Shown: one piece after another, positions 9,154 to 18,357 of the stretch
Position numbering within the stretch: the first letter of the stretch is position 1
How the letters are laid out: each line of letters starts with the position of its first letter
IMG/VR virus record: IMGVR_UViG_3300031417_000403
Location: 123,133 to 187,132 of that record
Origin: a virus
Taxonomy: Duplodnaviria; Heunggongvirae; Uroviricota; Caudoviricetes
DNA length: 64,000 nt
Reading direction: 5' to 3' (one strand)
The notes under the pieces: generated by a model
The model's database searches: none
What the model saw: the letters and a program-made list of their open reading frames with translations, nothing else
Told to the model about the DNA's origin: nothing
Position numbers and translations under genes: made by a program

Positions 9154-10176
9154 ATGTTCCAAGAAGTAATTCCTCTTCCAGACGACTTCCACCGTCTTAC
9201 AATGAGCGAACGTGGTCTCACGTTCGACAAGATGTTCAAGCAGCTGATGTCAGCATATTCCGACGTCAACGTCCCAGCAGAGCGTGACAGCCCGTTCGAT
9301 ATTCAAATCAACGACGAAGCGTTCTACGATCTGAAGCTGATCACCGACAAAAACGTCCAGCGAGACACGGACTACGTTTACCTGTCTCACAACGAATACC
9401 TGTTTGCAAAGCAGCAAAAGCATTTCTTCTACATCGTCTATCGCGAGATTGGCCTGTTTGAAGAAGCGCACTTGACATGTGTCTTCAGCTTTGACTACGC
9501 GAAAGAAGTCGGCGCACTCGAAGTATTTCCGAATGGCAAGAAAGTATTTTGTCATGCAACTGGTAAACCTGAAATGCCGTGGTCGATCAACATTACTCGA
9601 CTTCAACAGTTCTTGTCGAACGACATCGAAAAATTTAGATCGTTCACGAAGCCATGGTATAATAGCAACACTCTCCTAAAGCAACAGCAATTCAAGGAGA
9701 GAGAAATGGGACAACCCGCACCAAGTTTTGAAACAGCAGCACCACGTGAGCCAGTCAGCTGGGTCAACGACATCGCAGACATGCACACCAAGTTCGGTGT
9801 GAATCCAGTGATTCGTACTCTGGACCAGGAAAAGCTTCGCACATTCCTCAAGTTCCGTATCGACTTCCTACAGGAAGAACTGGACGAGATGCGTGACGCG
9901 ATGGACAATCCGGAGTTCAAGAAGGACCGGGCTGACGAAACCGTCGACGCACTGATCGATCTGTGTGTCGTGGCGATCGGTACGCTGAACGCATTTGATG
10001 TCGATGCTGATGAAGCATGGACACGTGTGCATGAGAAAAACATGCAAAAGAATCCAGGCATCAACGCAAACCGTCCGAACCCGCTCGGTTTGCCTGACCT
10101 GATCAAGCCGGAAGGCTGGACACCGCCGACACACAAAGATAATGTCGGTTTACTTTCAAGGGTATTCAATGTCTGA
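9154..10176 (+). CDS. MazG-like / PRA-PH-type all-alpha NTP pyrophosphohydrolase (C-terminal) fused to an unknown N-terminal domain
   Basis: FLQEELDEM, ETVDALIDL, VHEKNMQK, DLIKPEGW motifs. Confidence 0.8.
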   Translation: MFQEVIPLPDDFHRLTMSERGLTFDKMFKQLMSAYSDVNVPAERDSPFDIQINDEAFYDLKLITDKNVQRDTDYVYLSHNEYLFAKQQKHFFYIVYREIGLFEEAHLTCVFSFDYAKEVGALEVFPNGKKVFCHATGKPEMPWSINITRLQQFLSNDIEKFRSFTKPWYNSNTLLKQQQFKEREMGQPAPSFETAAPREPVSWVNDIADMHTKFGVNPVIRTLDQEKLRTFLKFRIDFLQEELDEMRDAMDNPEFKKDRADETVDALIDLCVVAIGTLNAFDVDADEAWTRVHEKNMQKNPGINANRPNPLGLPDLIKPEGWTPPTHKDNVGLLSRVFNV

Positions 10177-10819
10177 CAACAAACAAGTAGTAGCAATCGA
10201 TGGCGTCTCCACCAGGGAACTAGTGAATGACGTCGTGGCCATCACGTTCGAATCGACCAAAGAAGGCAAGATCGCCGACACGGTTCAGCAAGAACTGCGC
10301 GAATCTGTTCGCGCAGCAATCGAGCTGGTAACACCGCACATCAAGACTGACGAAGTCGATGTCTCGACAGACAGCTTCCAAGTACAACCGCGCTATAACA
10401 AGGCGGGCAAAATGGATGGCTATCTCGGCATCGCGCAAGTTACCGTAAAAGGTACCGACACTGCTACGATCGCTCAACTCGCTTCGGACATCAAGACGAT
10501 GGTCGTATCGAGTTCCAAGAACTCAATGAGCCGCAAGCTGAAGCAAAGCGTCGAAACCGATCTGATGAAAGACGCGATCGCAGACTTTTCCATGAAGGCA
10601 GACGCAGTGGCTCAAGCGTTCGGATACAAGTCGTGGGAACTCGGTCAAGTCAGCGTCGGCGTTCAAGCAGAACGTAGTTACGGTGGCGGCGGCAAGGTTA
10701 TGGCGTTGTCAGCGTCAGCAGGAATGGAATCGGCACCAATGTCGGTTGAAAGCGGTAAGTCGACTATGAACGGTTACGTTCGCGGAAATATCGTTCTGTC
10801 GCGTTCGAAAAAGGCGTAA
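10169..10819 (+). CDS. SIMPL (DUF541)-like protein
   Basis: Characteristic STDSFQVQPRY, DAIADFSMKADAVAQAFG pattern. Confidence 0.7.
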   Translation: MSDNKQVVAIDGVSTRELVNDVVAITFESTKEGKIADTVQQELRESVRAAIELVTPHIKTDEVDVSTDSFQVQPRYNKAGKMDGYLGIAQVTVKGTDTATIAQLASDIKTMVVSSSKNSMSRKLKQSVETDLMKDAIADFSMKADAVAQAFGYKSWELGQVSVGVQAERSYGGGGKVMALSASAGMESAPMSVESGKSTMNGYVRGNIVLSRSKKA

Positions 10820-10820
10820 A

Positions 10821-11231
10821 ATGGGAACCAAGAAAATCGCTTTCGAACTCACGGTCGGTATTCCACAGGCTACCGTGAAGCAACTGATCGCTGAACTCCA
10901 AGAGCACATGGAGAATCAGCACGACGTCAAGCTGAAACTGAAAGACAACGAAGCAGTTATGGAACTGCTGAAGAAGGGCGTCAAGGACAATCTCAACTAC
11001 GGGTTGGACTGCCTGTACGCTGACGAAGTGTTCGACATGACCGCAATGGAAAAGCTCTTCAAGAAAGAAATTCAAGAGGCTGAAGATAAATACGAGGCGC
11101 AACGTCTGGCTGAAGAAGAAGTTGAACGAGCCAAACGTATCAAGACAGCTGGCGTGCTGCGTATGCGCCCTGATCAACTTGCAGCTGCACAGAAGCTGTT
11201 GAAAGAGGCGGGGATCGAAGCAACTGTTTAA
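10821..11231 (+). CDS. hypothetical coiled-coil protein
   Basis: ORF, codon bias. Confidence 0.7.
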   Translation: MGTKKIAFELTVGIPQATVKQLIAELQEHMENQHDVKLKLKDNEAVMELLKKGVKDNLNYGLDCLYADEVFDMTAMEKLFKKEIQEAEDKYEAQRLAEEEVERAKRIKTAGVLRMRPDQLAAAQKLLKEAGIEATV

Positions 11232-11241
11232 GGGCTGAATT

Positions 11242-11517
11242 ATGCCAACAATAAGTTCACGACCACAAGTTGAGGACGAGGACGACGGTGGTGCATACAC
11301 GGTAAATGAAATTGCCGGTATCATCACCGATGGAGTTCTGTATGTCATGCCGAAGGGCTTGCCGGAACTTCGTCTTACGCTTCACACAATTTGCCGCACA
11401 ATGTGGAACACCGAAGCCATCGCGGACTTTTTCATATACGATAGCGCCCAAGGCGGGTGCGACGTAGGCTTCAAACTTTATGACGACCCACACTATCACG
11501 TAATCACAATCAAATGA
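11242..11517 (+). CDS. hypothetical protein
   Basis: ORF with RBS. Confidence 0.6.
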   Translation: MPTISSRPQVEDEDDGGAYTVNEIAGIITDGVLYVMPKGLPELRLTLHTICRTMWNTEAIADFFIYDSAQGGCDVGFKLYDDPHYHVITIK

Positions 11518-11780
11518 AAATCCAATCGCGCCCACCAGAGAAGCACAAGGCAGAAATGACCATTCCAGAAATGGTCTGCTTTCTGCGAGACATCATGGAA
11601 ACTGAAGGTCATCGTGAAGGTGACATGTATCGAAAGGTTCTGACCCTCGGCGCACTGTCCATGCTGAAACAGCAGGGCGTGATTATGGATTATCAAGTGC
11701 GCAGCGATTACTGCGGATTCTACAACCTGTGGGCTCAAGTCCGAACACCGGATTTCGAGTGTCATACCCTGGCAATATGA
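11514..11780 (+). CDS. hypothetical protein
   Basis: ATGA coupling. Confidence 0.6.
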   Translation: MKIQSRPPEKHKAEMTIPEMVCFLRDIMETEGHREGDMYRKVLTLGALSMLKQQGVIMDYQVRSDYCGFYNLWAQVRTPDFECHTLAI

Positions 11781-12160
11781 AAACGTCGTACTTCGGAAAC
11801 CTCAAGAACATCGAGGTTCCGCTCAGCATTTCCCAGTATCCGCCGAAGTGGTACACCGGACCCCAACTGAAAATGTTGGCACCACCGCGTGAGCTTCTTC
11901 TGGATACGAAGAAAGGCTTGGTGACTCATGAAGAATACACCAAGATATTCAATGAGCATCTGAAACAGTTTGACCCTCGAGAAATGTACGAAGCAATTGT
12001 CGAGGAGTATGGTGAGAATGTTACATTGTTGTGTTTCGAAAAGCCAGGTGATTTCTGCCATCGCCGACTGGTCGCAGCTTGGTTCGAGCAGGCAATGGAA
12101 GTCGAAGTTCCGGAATGGGTCAAGCCAGTTCCGAAGCGAAAGACGACTCTGGTCTTTTGA
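11777..12160 (+). CDS. DUF488-family-like protein
   Basis: MKTSYF start, LAPPRELL, LLCFEKPGDFCHRRLVA motif. Confidence 0.7.
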   Translation: MKTSYFGNLKNIEVPLSISQYPPKWYTGPQLKMLAPPRELLLDTKKGLVTHEEYTKIFNEHLKQFDPREMYEAIVEEYGENVTLLCFEKPGDFCHRRLVAAWFEQAMEVEVPEWVKPVPKRKTTLVF

Positions 12161-12168
12161 CATAAATA
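12161..12168 (+). promoter_or_regulatory. T4-type late promoter CATAAATA
   Basis: Same octamer precedes most structural genes. Confidence 0.8.
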
Positions 12169-12195
12169 CCTGATCAAACCCTCTCAGGTAAACAA

Positions 12196-13059
12196 ATGCG
12201 CAAGATCAAGATTCTCAACATCAATGCATCATCTGGACCTCCAGGCTCCATCGAGATTGCAACGGACTTCTCTCAGGTTTTCCAAGGGAAGTTCTATCGT
12301 CATCCTACCACGGGTGCAACTTCCCCGTCGTATACCTCGCCTGCACCAACAGATTACGCGCTGATCAAAGCAACGACCTTCGACATTGTTGAAAATACAA
12401 AGTATGCGGGTCGTTACACCGTCTACACGCCCGTATCTGCGGCTGACACCAAATCAAGTGTGTTCACAGCTGCGACAAACCGCACTGTCATCAACGTCAA
12501 CGAGGTTATTCCACCGTTGACAACCAGCGATGCAACAGCATTGTCTTCTGCCGGTTACATCACCAACATCAGCACGTATTTGCTTTACACTGGAACAAGC
12601 AACATTGTTGTTCCGCCAACTGTCGACATCACCACGTATCCGATCGAAATCATGGGTCGTGACGCGTCCGGTTGGGGTGAAGCATTCACGCAGAACTTCG
12701 TGAACCTGACAAGGAACTTCGCGAACGCAACTGCACCAGCAAATCCATTCGTCGGCCAAACCTGGTTTGATACAGACGACAGTCAGATGCGCGTCTGGAA
12801 CGGTTCGACCTGGGACCTGCTGAACCGTGCCTCATTCGGTGTTACCTTCCGCCATACTCAAGGAACTGCCGCTGCCATTTGGACCGTCAATCACGGTTTG
12901 AACTTGGCTGCACCGTACATTGCATTCTGTCAATTCTACGTTGATCGTGGCAATGGCCCACAGATCATCATTCCGTCGGACGTCCAATTCGTTTCTGCTA
13001 CGCAACTGAAGGTAACGTTCTCTAATCCTGAAATCGGCTATGTGTTGGTGCGTCAATGA
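12196..13059 (+). CDS. virion structural protein (fibre/baseplate-type)
   Basis: Late promoter; Thr/Ser-rich beta protein with PFVGQTWFD...VWNGSTW fibre motif. Confidence 0.65.
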   Translation: MRKIKILNINASSGPPGSIEIATDFSQVFQGKFYRHPTTGATSPSYTSPAPTDYALIKATTFDIVENTKYAGRYTVYTPVSAADTKSSVFTAATNRTVINVNEVIPPLTTSDATALSSAGYITNISTYLLYTGTSNIVVPPTVDITTYPIEIMGRDASGWGEAFTQNFVNLTRNFANATAPANPFVGQTWFDTDDSQMRVWNGSTWDLLNRASFGVTFRHTQGTAAAIWTVNHGLNLAAPYIAFCQFYVDRGNGPQIIIPSDVQFVSATQLKVTFSNPEIGYVLVRQ

Positions 13060-13793
13060 AACTCGATGAACTCCTAGATAACGCTCTGCCGTACAAGATT
13101 GTCAAGAATTCTGACGGGGTATTCGCGGCTCAGTTCACCGCAGGCGATCGCGAAATTTATTTCAGTGCAGAGAATGAAGGTGCGATGGATGACTTTGACG
13201 AGGGTGAATGGCACATTGTCTTTGGTGAAATCCAAATCAAGAAGCGCACTACACTGAAATTGAAGAGCACTGACCCTGATACCGTTAAGACATTGGCTTT
13301 CAACAAGACTGGAAGTGGAAATGAGATTCAGGTATTCTCGACGCTCAAAAGCATTATATCCAAGCTAATCAAAGAACACAATCCGAAGCGATTGCTGTTC
13401 TCGGCTGACAAGGATGTGAAGAACAATCGTGCGCGCCTATACGCGAAGCTCTTCAAGAAGAATATGCCGAGTGGTTGGAAAGTCTTGACAGGTGACAATG
13501 AAGTCGATCATGAGCCAGTGCTGTTCTCGATCGTTAAGGAAGGCATGATGAAGCGTTCAGACCCGTACATCTCTGGCGAGAAGTCTGGACCACGTCCTCC
13601 AGAAATGAAACTGGCGCCTCAGCCAGTGTCAGCTCACAAATCTAAACTACAAACGCTCATGCGAAAGTCCGGCAAGTCGATGGAGAAAGTCGAAGCCGCA
13701 TGGAACAAAGCAGTGCGTGAAACTCCAGACGGTCCAGCCAAGTGGGCCAACGTCATGAAGCGCGCGAAGGCCGATCTAGGAATTAGTGTCTGA
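13056..13793 (+). CDS. MKLDELL-leader protein with one copy of the KTGxGNE/NRAxLY domain (GNAT-like?)
   Basis: Paralogous to both repeats of 61757..62617. Confidence 0.6.
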   Translation: MKLDELLDNALPYKIVKNSDGVFAAQFTAGDREIYFSAENEGAMDDFDEGEWHIVFGEIQIKKRTTLKLKSTDPDTVKTLAFNKTGSGNEIQVFSTLKSIISKLIKEHNPKRLLFSADKDVKNNRARLYAKLFKKNMPSGWKVLTGDNEVDHEPVLFSIVKEGMMKRSDPYISGEKSGPRPPEMKLAPQPVSAHKSKLQTLMRKSGKSMEKVEAAWNKAVRETPDGPAKWANVMKRAKADLGISV

Positions 13794-13821
13794 ACACCCG
13801 GGTTCATGGTATAATCTTTCC

Positions 13822-14454
13822 ATGAACCTATTCTTTCTTTCCCGCGATCCAAGCATCTGTGCACAACAACACTGCGATAAACACGTGGTGAAAATGATCT
13901 TGGAGTATGCACAGCTCCTCAGCACAGCACATCGTCTTCTCGATGGCAAGCCGCAAACGTTCGACTTCGATCTGCCGAATGGCAAGGTCAAACGTCTTAC
14001 GCACTGGGCTCTGCCTGGCGAGACCGTTACGCCTATGCTGATGGAGGGCAAACCGTTCCTGACGATCGGCAACTCCCAAGCCTACAAGGTAGCGCATCAA
14101 CATCATCCACTCAGCTTCTGGTCGCGCGAGAGTTCCGGCAACTACCAGTATTTGTTCGAGCTGTTCGTCAACTGTTTGGCCGAATACACGCATCGCTATG
14201 GCAAAAAACACAGCGCCGAAGCATTGCTAAATACCCTGTCAAACTGGCCGCTCAACATTCGCTTCGCCGAATTCGTTGATCCGCCTCTCTCGATGCCAGA
14301 CGAATACAGGACCGACGATGCCGTCATTTCTTACCAAAATCTATACGTGGGTAGCAAGGCGCGGTTCGCGAAGTGGACCAACCGTCGACCACCTGAATGG
14401 TTTATCCAAAGGACTCCGAACTATGACCAAACCCATTTCGAACGAACGCGTTGA
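13822..14454 (+). CDS. pyrimidine-dimer DNA glycosylase / endonuclease V family
   Basis: MNLFFL...HCDKHVVKMILEYAQLLSTAH...HHPLSFW motifs. Confidence 0.8.
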   Translation: MNLFFLSRDPSICAQQHCDKHVVKMILEYAQLLSTAHRLLDGKPQTFDFDLPNGKVKRLTHWALPGETVTPMLMEGKPFLTIGNSQAYKVAHQHHPLSFWSRESSGNYQYLFELFVNCLAEYTHRYGKKHSAEALLNTLSNWPLNIRFAEFVDPPLSMPDEYRTDDAVISYQNLYVGSKARFAKWTNRRPPEWFIQRTPNYDQTHFERTR

Positions 14455-14641
14455 ATGGCTGAAAGAACGTGCTACAATACTCGATGAATGCATTCGCATT
14501 TCATCGACTCAGATGCATGCGCTTACCAGCGGTGGCGCACAGCGCGATGATCTGCTGACTGCGTTGCGCGGCTTCAATGCCGAACGCATGGCCATCGCCA
14601 TTGAACTGTCAGCACTGAAGAAGTTCGGTGTAACACCGTGA
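14423..14641 (+). CDS. small hypothetical protein
   Basis: ORF with GGA RBS. Confidence 0.55.
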   Translation: MTKPISNERVEWLKERATILDECIRISSTQMHALTSGGAQRDDLLTALRGFNAERMAIAIELSALKKFGVTP

Positions 14642-14937
14642 GCCGTTTGTACGAGCTGGTTCCGACATCAGAGAATGTCGTAGTGTACAACGAGAAGTCT
14701 GGTCATGTTCAAGTGCTGACGCCTGAAGGCGCGGTGTTTGATCGACCAGACACAACCGATGTTCGCAACATGTCGATTGCATTCGGTTTGTTGTTGACAT
14801 CGAATCAATGGCGCATGGCAACCGAAGAAGAAATTGCTGAATGGCAAGCGCATCCACCAGTGCCGATGTTGGCTCTGAACTGGACCGTGCCGCCGCCGCG
14901 GCCACGACCAAAACTCACAATTGTAACGAAAGAATAA
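14638..14937 (+). CDS. hypothetical protein
   Basis: GTGA coupling. Confidence 0.6.
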   Translation: MSRLYELVPTSENVVVYNEKSGHVQVLTPEGAVFDRPDTTDVRNMSIAFGLLLTSNQWRMATEEEIAEWQAHPPVPMLALNWTVPPPRPRPKLTIVTKE

Positions 14938-14938
14938 C

Positions 14939-15517
14939 ATGGGTGCAAAATTAGACGTTGGCTTCGTCGTAGACATCGAAGCCACCTGCTGGAAGACGCG
15001 GGACGAACAGGGCACGAAGCCGAACGAAATCATCGAAATCGGCTTCTGCAAACTGAACTACGAAACCGGCGAAGTCACGAAGTTCCCTTCGTACGTAATC
15101 CGACCACGCTTCACGCACATCACTCCGTTCTGCACGGAACTGACCGGCTGGACTGAAGAAGCCATCATCGAGCAAGGCAAGGACATTGCTCGCGTGTTGC
15201 GTGACATCAAGGCCGAACACGACATCCAACCGGAACACATCTGGTATTCGTGCGGTAACTATGATCGCAACATGCTCAGCTCCAAGACCCAGAAAGGTGT
15301 TGGCGCACTGTACGGCATTCGCGCTGATGTGAATCCGTTCGACATCATGCAACAGCACGTCAACGTGAAGACTCTCTTCGCGCTGAAGCACAAGCTGAAG
15401 AAAGAAATCGGCATGGACGCAATGTTGAAGATGATGGGCGAAACCCTGGAAGGCCGTCACCACAATGGCGCCGACGACGCGTACAACATCGCCAAGATCG
15501 TCAAACACGTTTTATAA
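14939..15517 (+). CDS. DEDDh 3'-5' exonuclease (KapD/ERI1-like)
   Basis: VVDIEATCW, EIIEIG, GRHHNGADDAYNIA. Confidence 0.88.
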   Translation: MGAKLDVGFVVDIEATCWKTRDEQGTKPNEIIEIGFCKLNYETGEVTKFPSYVIRPRFTHITPFCTELTGWTEEAIIEQGKDIARVLRDIKAEHDIQPEHIWYSCGNYDRNMLSSKTQKGVGALYGIRADVNPFDIMQQHVNVKTLFALKHKLKKEIGMDAMLKMMGETLEGRHHNGADDAYNIAKIVKHVL

Positions 15518-15529
15518 CTAGGAAATTTT

Positions 15530-15889
15530 ATGATCGAAGAAATCGCACCACAAATCACCATCGACGACCTGGCAAAGATCGACCTGCGCATCGGCAAGAT
15601 CATCGCTGCATCGCACGTCGAAGGTGCCGACAAGATGATTCAGCTGACCGTCGACATCGGCGAAGCAGAACCGCGCAACGTCCTGGCCGGCATCAAATCC
15701 GCCTACAACCCGGAAGATTTGGTCGGCAAGCTGACCGTTGTCGTGGCCAACCTTGCCCCGCGCAAGATGAAGTTCGGCGTTTCCAACGGAATGATTATGG
15801 CCGCGTCCGCAGCTGATCGTGCCGAAAATCCTGGCATCTACATTCTGCAGCCGGTCGATGGCGCAACACCGGGTATGCGTATCCGCTGA
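15530..15889 (+). CDS. stand-alone tRNA-binding OB-fold protein (Trbp111/CsaA/MetRS C-terminal domain)
   Basis: IDLRIGKI...GADKM...[22 protein letters not shown]. Confidence 0.9.
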   Translation: MIEEIAPQITIDDLAKIDLRIGKIIAASHVEGADKMIQLTVDIGEAEPRNVLAGIKSAYNPEDLVGKLTVVVANLAPRKMKFGVSNGMIMAASAADRAENPGIYILQPVDGATPGMRIR

Positions 15890-15988
15890 TCAAAAATTAT
15901 GCTGATGAAGTTGCCTAGCTTTTTTGACATCATCTGCATTCTCGTGACCAAAGCGTGGGGTCACATGCTGATACCCACGCTCCTCGGT

Positions 15989-16321
15989 TCAATCTTCTGG
16001 GCGATCGCCGGATTCTGGCAAGGATGGGAGTTCTTCCCGTGGATCGTCTGGATTGCCTGCTTCTTGGTCATCGGTTGGCTGCTGACCATTTCCTTCTGGG
16101 TCCGATACTACTGGGCCATCTACTATCGTGGGGAAGAGGATTGACTCTTCCAGCGGTATCTTGAAAACTTGTCCCGGCCTTGGGACAATCAATCCGTTCA
16201 TCTCATTAAAGCGTTGCCGAAGAACAATGATTTCTTCGCGGGTATAGTTGTGCCTGCCTTTCAGGCGGATCACAGCATCAATTGTTTCCGACGGGCGGAA
16301 TGTGTGGAGGATATAGTTCAT
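15989..16321 (-). CDS. LysM-like domain protein with acidic Pro-rich tail
   Basis: HTFRPSETIDAV...FNEMNG...PRPGQVFKIP; GGTAAATA late-type element just upstream. Confidence 0.5.
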   Translation of the reverse strand: MNYILHTFRPSETIDAVIRLKGRHNYTREEIIVLRQRFNEMNGLIVPRPGQVFKIPLEESILFPTIVDGPVVSDPEGNGQQPTDDQEAGNPDDPREELPSLPESGDRPED

Positions 16322-16356
16322 GCAACTATTTACCTGAACACGAACGCAATATTAGA

Positions 16357-16377
16357 GCATTAGCTGACAAATAAGAA
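16357..16377. repeat. 21-bp exact intergenic repeat GCATTAGCTGACAAATAAGAA (copy 1)
   Basis: Identical copy at 62620..62640. Confidence 0.85.
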
Positions 16378-16393
16378 TCAGGTTGTCCATCTC

Positions 16394-16401
16394 CATAAAT
16401 A
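16394..16401 (+). promoter_or_regulatory. late promoter CATAAATA
   Basis: Upstream of the neck gene. Confidence 0.8.
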
Positions 16402-16427
16402 GCTCGATAGCTTACGTGGAAAACGAT

Positions 16428-18356
16428 ATGACGAGCACACCTACAGACATTTCAGCAAAAACAACCCACGATCTATGGATTGACGCCCGTCAGTTTACGA
16501 TCGAAGTAACACGCGACCCACAAGTACCAACGAACCTCATCCTGACAGTCAAGCGTCCTGCTTCGCTGTCTGTGACTGATGGTGCAGTCGTACTTCTCAG
16601 TGACAAGCCAATCGGCCCAACAAATTATCCGGAAGACGGTACGGCCTATGCGGCTGACATCAATCCTGATTGGAACAGCCCAATACAGAAGATTGGTGAC
16701 GCACAAGTTGTTGGCGCTTTTTACGCTGCACTGTCCAAACCATTTCCAAGCACTGAAGCGCTGGAAGTGAATGCAACGACGACCGGATTCCCAAGCACCA
16801 TCAAAGACTTCACGATCACTGTGAGCAACACTGATCCGAAGAAAATCTACTACGCATCCGTTCACGCTTCGTCGAACATCATGCAGTACTATCCGATCGG
16901 TGTTCAATCGTATCCGCTGATCGGTGTTGTGTCTGGCCCAGTCAGTGGTTCGACATACACCGGCAACATTCCTTCGTACCCAACTGCTCCAACAGCGCCG
17001 ACTCCAGGCATGGTCTACTATGACCAGGTGTTGAACATCGTCCAGTACTTTGACGCAAGCTCTGGCTCGTGGATTCCGACCGAAGCGAACTCGATTCTTT
17101 CAGGTCCATACAATCCTGGCATTCAGGGTCAAGTCTATCTGATGGGCGGACAGCTCCGTATTTTCGACGGTGTTCGCTGGGTTGATCTGCTGCCAACAAA
17201 TCTGAAGCTGCGTACATCAATTGGTGAACCATGGGTTCAGATGGGAATCTTCACGACGGAAATCTATACACCAAACGAAGCACCAGTCGCTGGTCGTATG
17301 TACTACGACTTCACGCTCGGCCGCATGTACTACTACGACGGAAACGCCTGGGTCGTCCCGAATGCAACGAACACGCTGTTCAATCTCGGCACATCCTTCA
17401 TTCCTGCGTTTGTTGCCCCGATCACTGTCGAAACAGAACTACTGCGTAATCCGTACATCGGCCAACTGTTCTACAACACGACGACTCAGAACCTGAACGC
17501 GTGGAACGGGAAATCGTGGAACAAAGTCAACGACGACCAGATGGGTTCGCCGTCGACTGACAAGGTTTCAATCGGAACTGACGGATCGTACGACAGCCGC
17601 ATCAAGCTCATCAAGGTGTTGAACGCACAGCTCGGATGGCCACAGATGTGCGTAGAGCTGCAAGAAGAACAATTTAATGTGGCGATCGACAATGCGCTGC
17701 AGAACTATCGTCAGATGTCAAGTGGTGCTTACAAACGCGGCTTCGTGCTCTTCAAGCTAATCCCAGGACAGCAGAAGTATTACCTGAACTCGCCGATCGA
17801 CAAGACGGACCACATCGTCGACATTCACAAGATTCACCGCATGGGACCACTTGGCGTCTATGGCGGTGGGCCGAATGATGTCTGGGCGCAAGCATTCGCA
17901 CAGCAATACTACAGCCTGGTTGGTGGAGCTGGTGACTTGCTCAGCACGCACCTGGTCGCAGCATACGGTGAAGAACTCAATCGACTCTTTGCTGGTGATC
18001 TGGCATTCCAGTGGGATGAAGCATCGCACGAACTCCTGATCCTCCGCGCAATCCGTGGATACGAAACCGTTGTCATCGAAGCAATGCTTGAACGCAACGA
18101 GCAGGAAATCCTCAATGACCGTTGGTGCGAACAGTACATTCAGAACTGGGCACTGGCTGAACTCAAGATGATGCTTGGCCTCATCCGCTCGAAGTTCTCG
18201 TCTGGTACTCCAGGACCTGCTGGCTCGATCAACCTGAACGGCGAACTCCTGGTTTCCGAAGCACGCCAAGACATGGCTGAACTGACGGAATCGCTTTTGA
18301 ACTACGAATATGGTGGACACATTGGACATGGCAACGTGTCGTTCCTGATCGGATAA
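16428..18356 (+). CDS. neck protein, T4 gp13-like C-terminal domain with long N-terminal fibre-repeat extension
   Basis: VELQEEQFNVAIDNALQNY...INLNGELLVSEARQD matches gp13; repeated GxxYYD/N...W motifs. Confidence 0.75.
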   Translation: MTSTPTDISAKTTHDLWIDARQFTIEVTRDPQVPTNLILTVKRPASLSVTDGAVVLLSDKPIGPTNYPEDGTAYAADINPDWNSPIQKIGDAQVVGAFYAALSKPFPSTEALEVNATTTGFPSTIKDFTITVSNTDPKKIYYASVHASSNIMQYYPIGVQSYPLIGVVSGPVSGSTYTGNIPSYPTAPTAPTPGMVYYDQVLNIVQYFDASSGSWIPTEANSILSGPYNPGIQGQVYLMGGQLRIFDGVRWVDLLPTNLKLRTSIGEPWVQMGIFTTEIYTPNEAPVAGRMYYDFTLGRMYYYDGNAWVVPNATNTLFNLGTSFIPAFVAPITVETELLRNPYIGQLFYNTTTQNLNAWNGKSWNKVNDDQMGSPSTDKVSIGTDGSYDSRIKLIKVLNAQLGWPQMCVELQEEQFNVAIDNALQNYRQMSSGAYKRGFVLFKLIPGQQKYYLNSPIDKTDHIVDIHKIHRMGPLGVYGGGPNDVWAQAFAQQYYSLVGGAGDLLSTHLVAAYGEELNRLFAGDLAFQWDEASHELLILRAIRGYETVVIEAMLERNEQEILNDRWCEQYIQNWALAELKMMLGLIRSKFSSGTPGPAGSINLNGELLVSEARQDMAELTESLLNYEYGGHIGHGNVSFLIG

Positions 18357-18357
18357 C

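Noticed and set aside
15899-16144. Trp-rich membrane ORF as a confident gene
   Set aside because: Its composition is explained as the antisense of a Pro-rich tail; kept only as an unresolved overlap.
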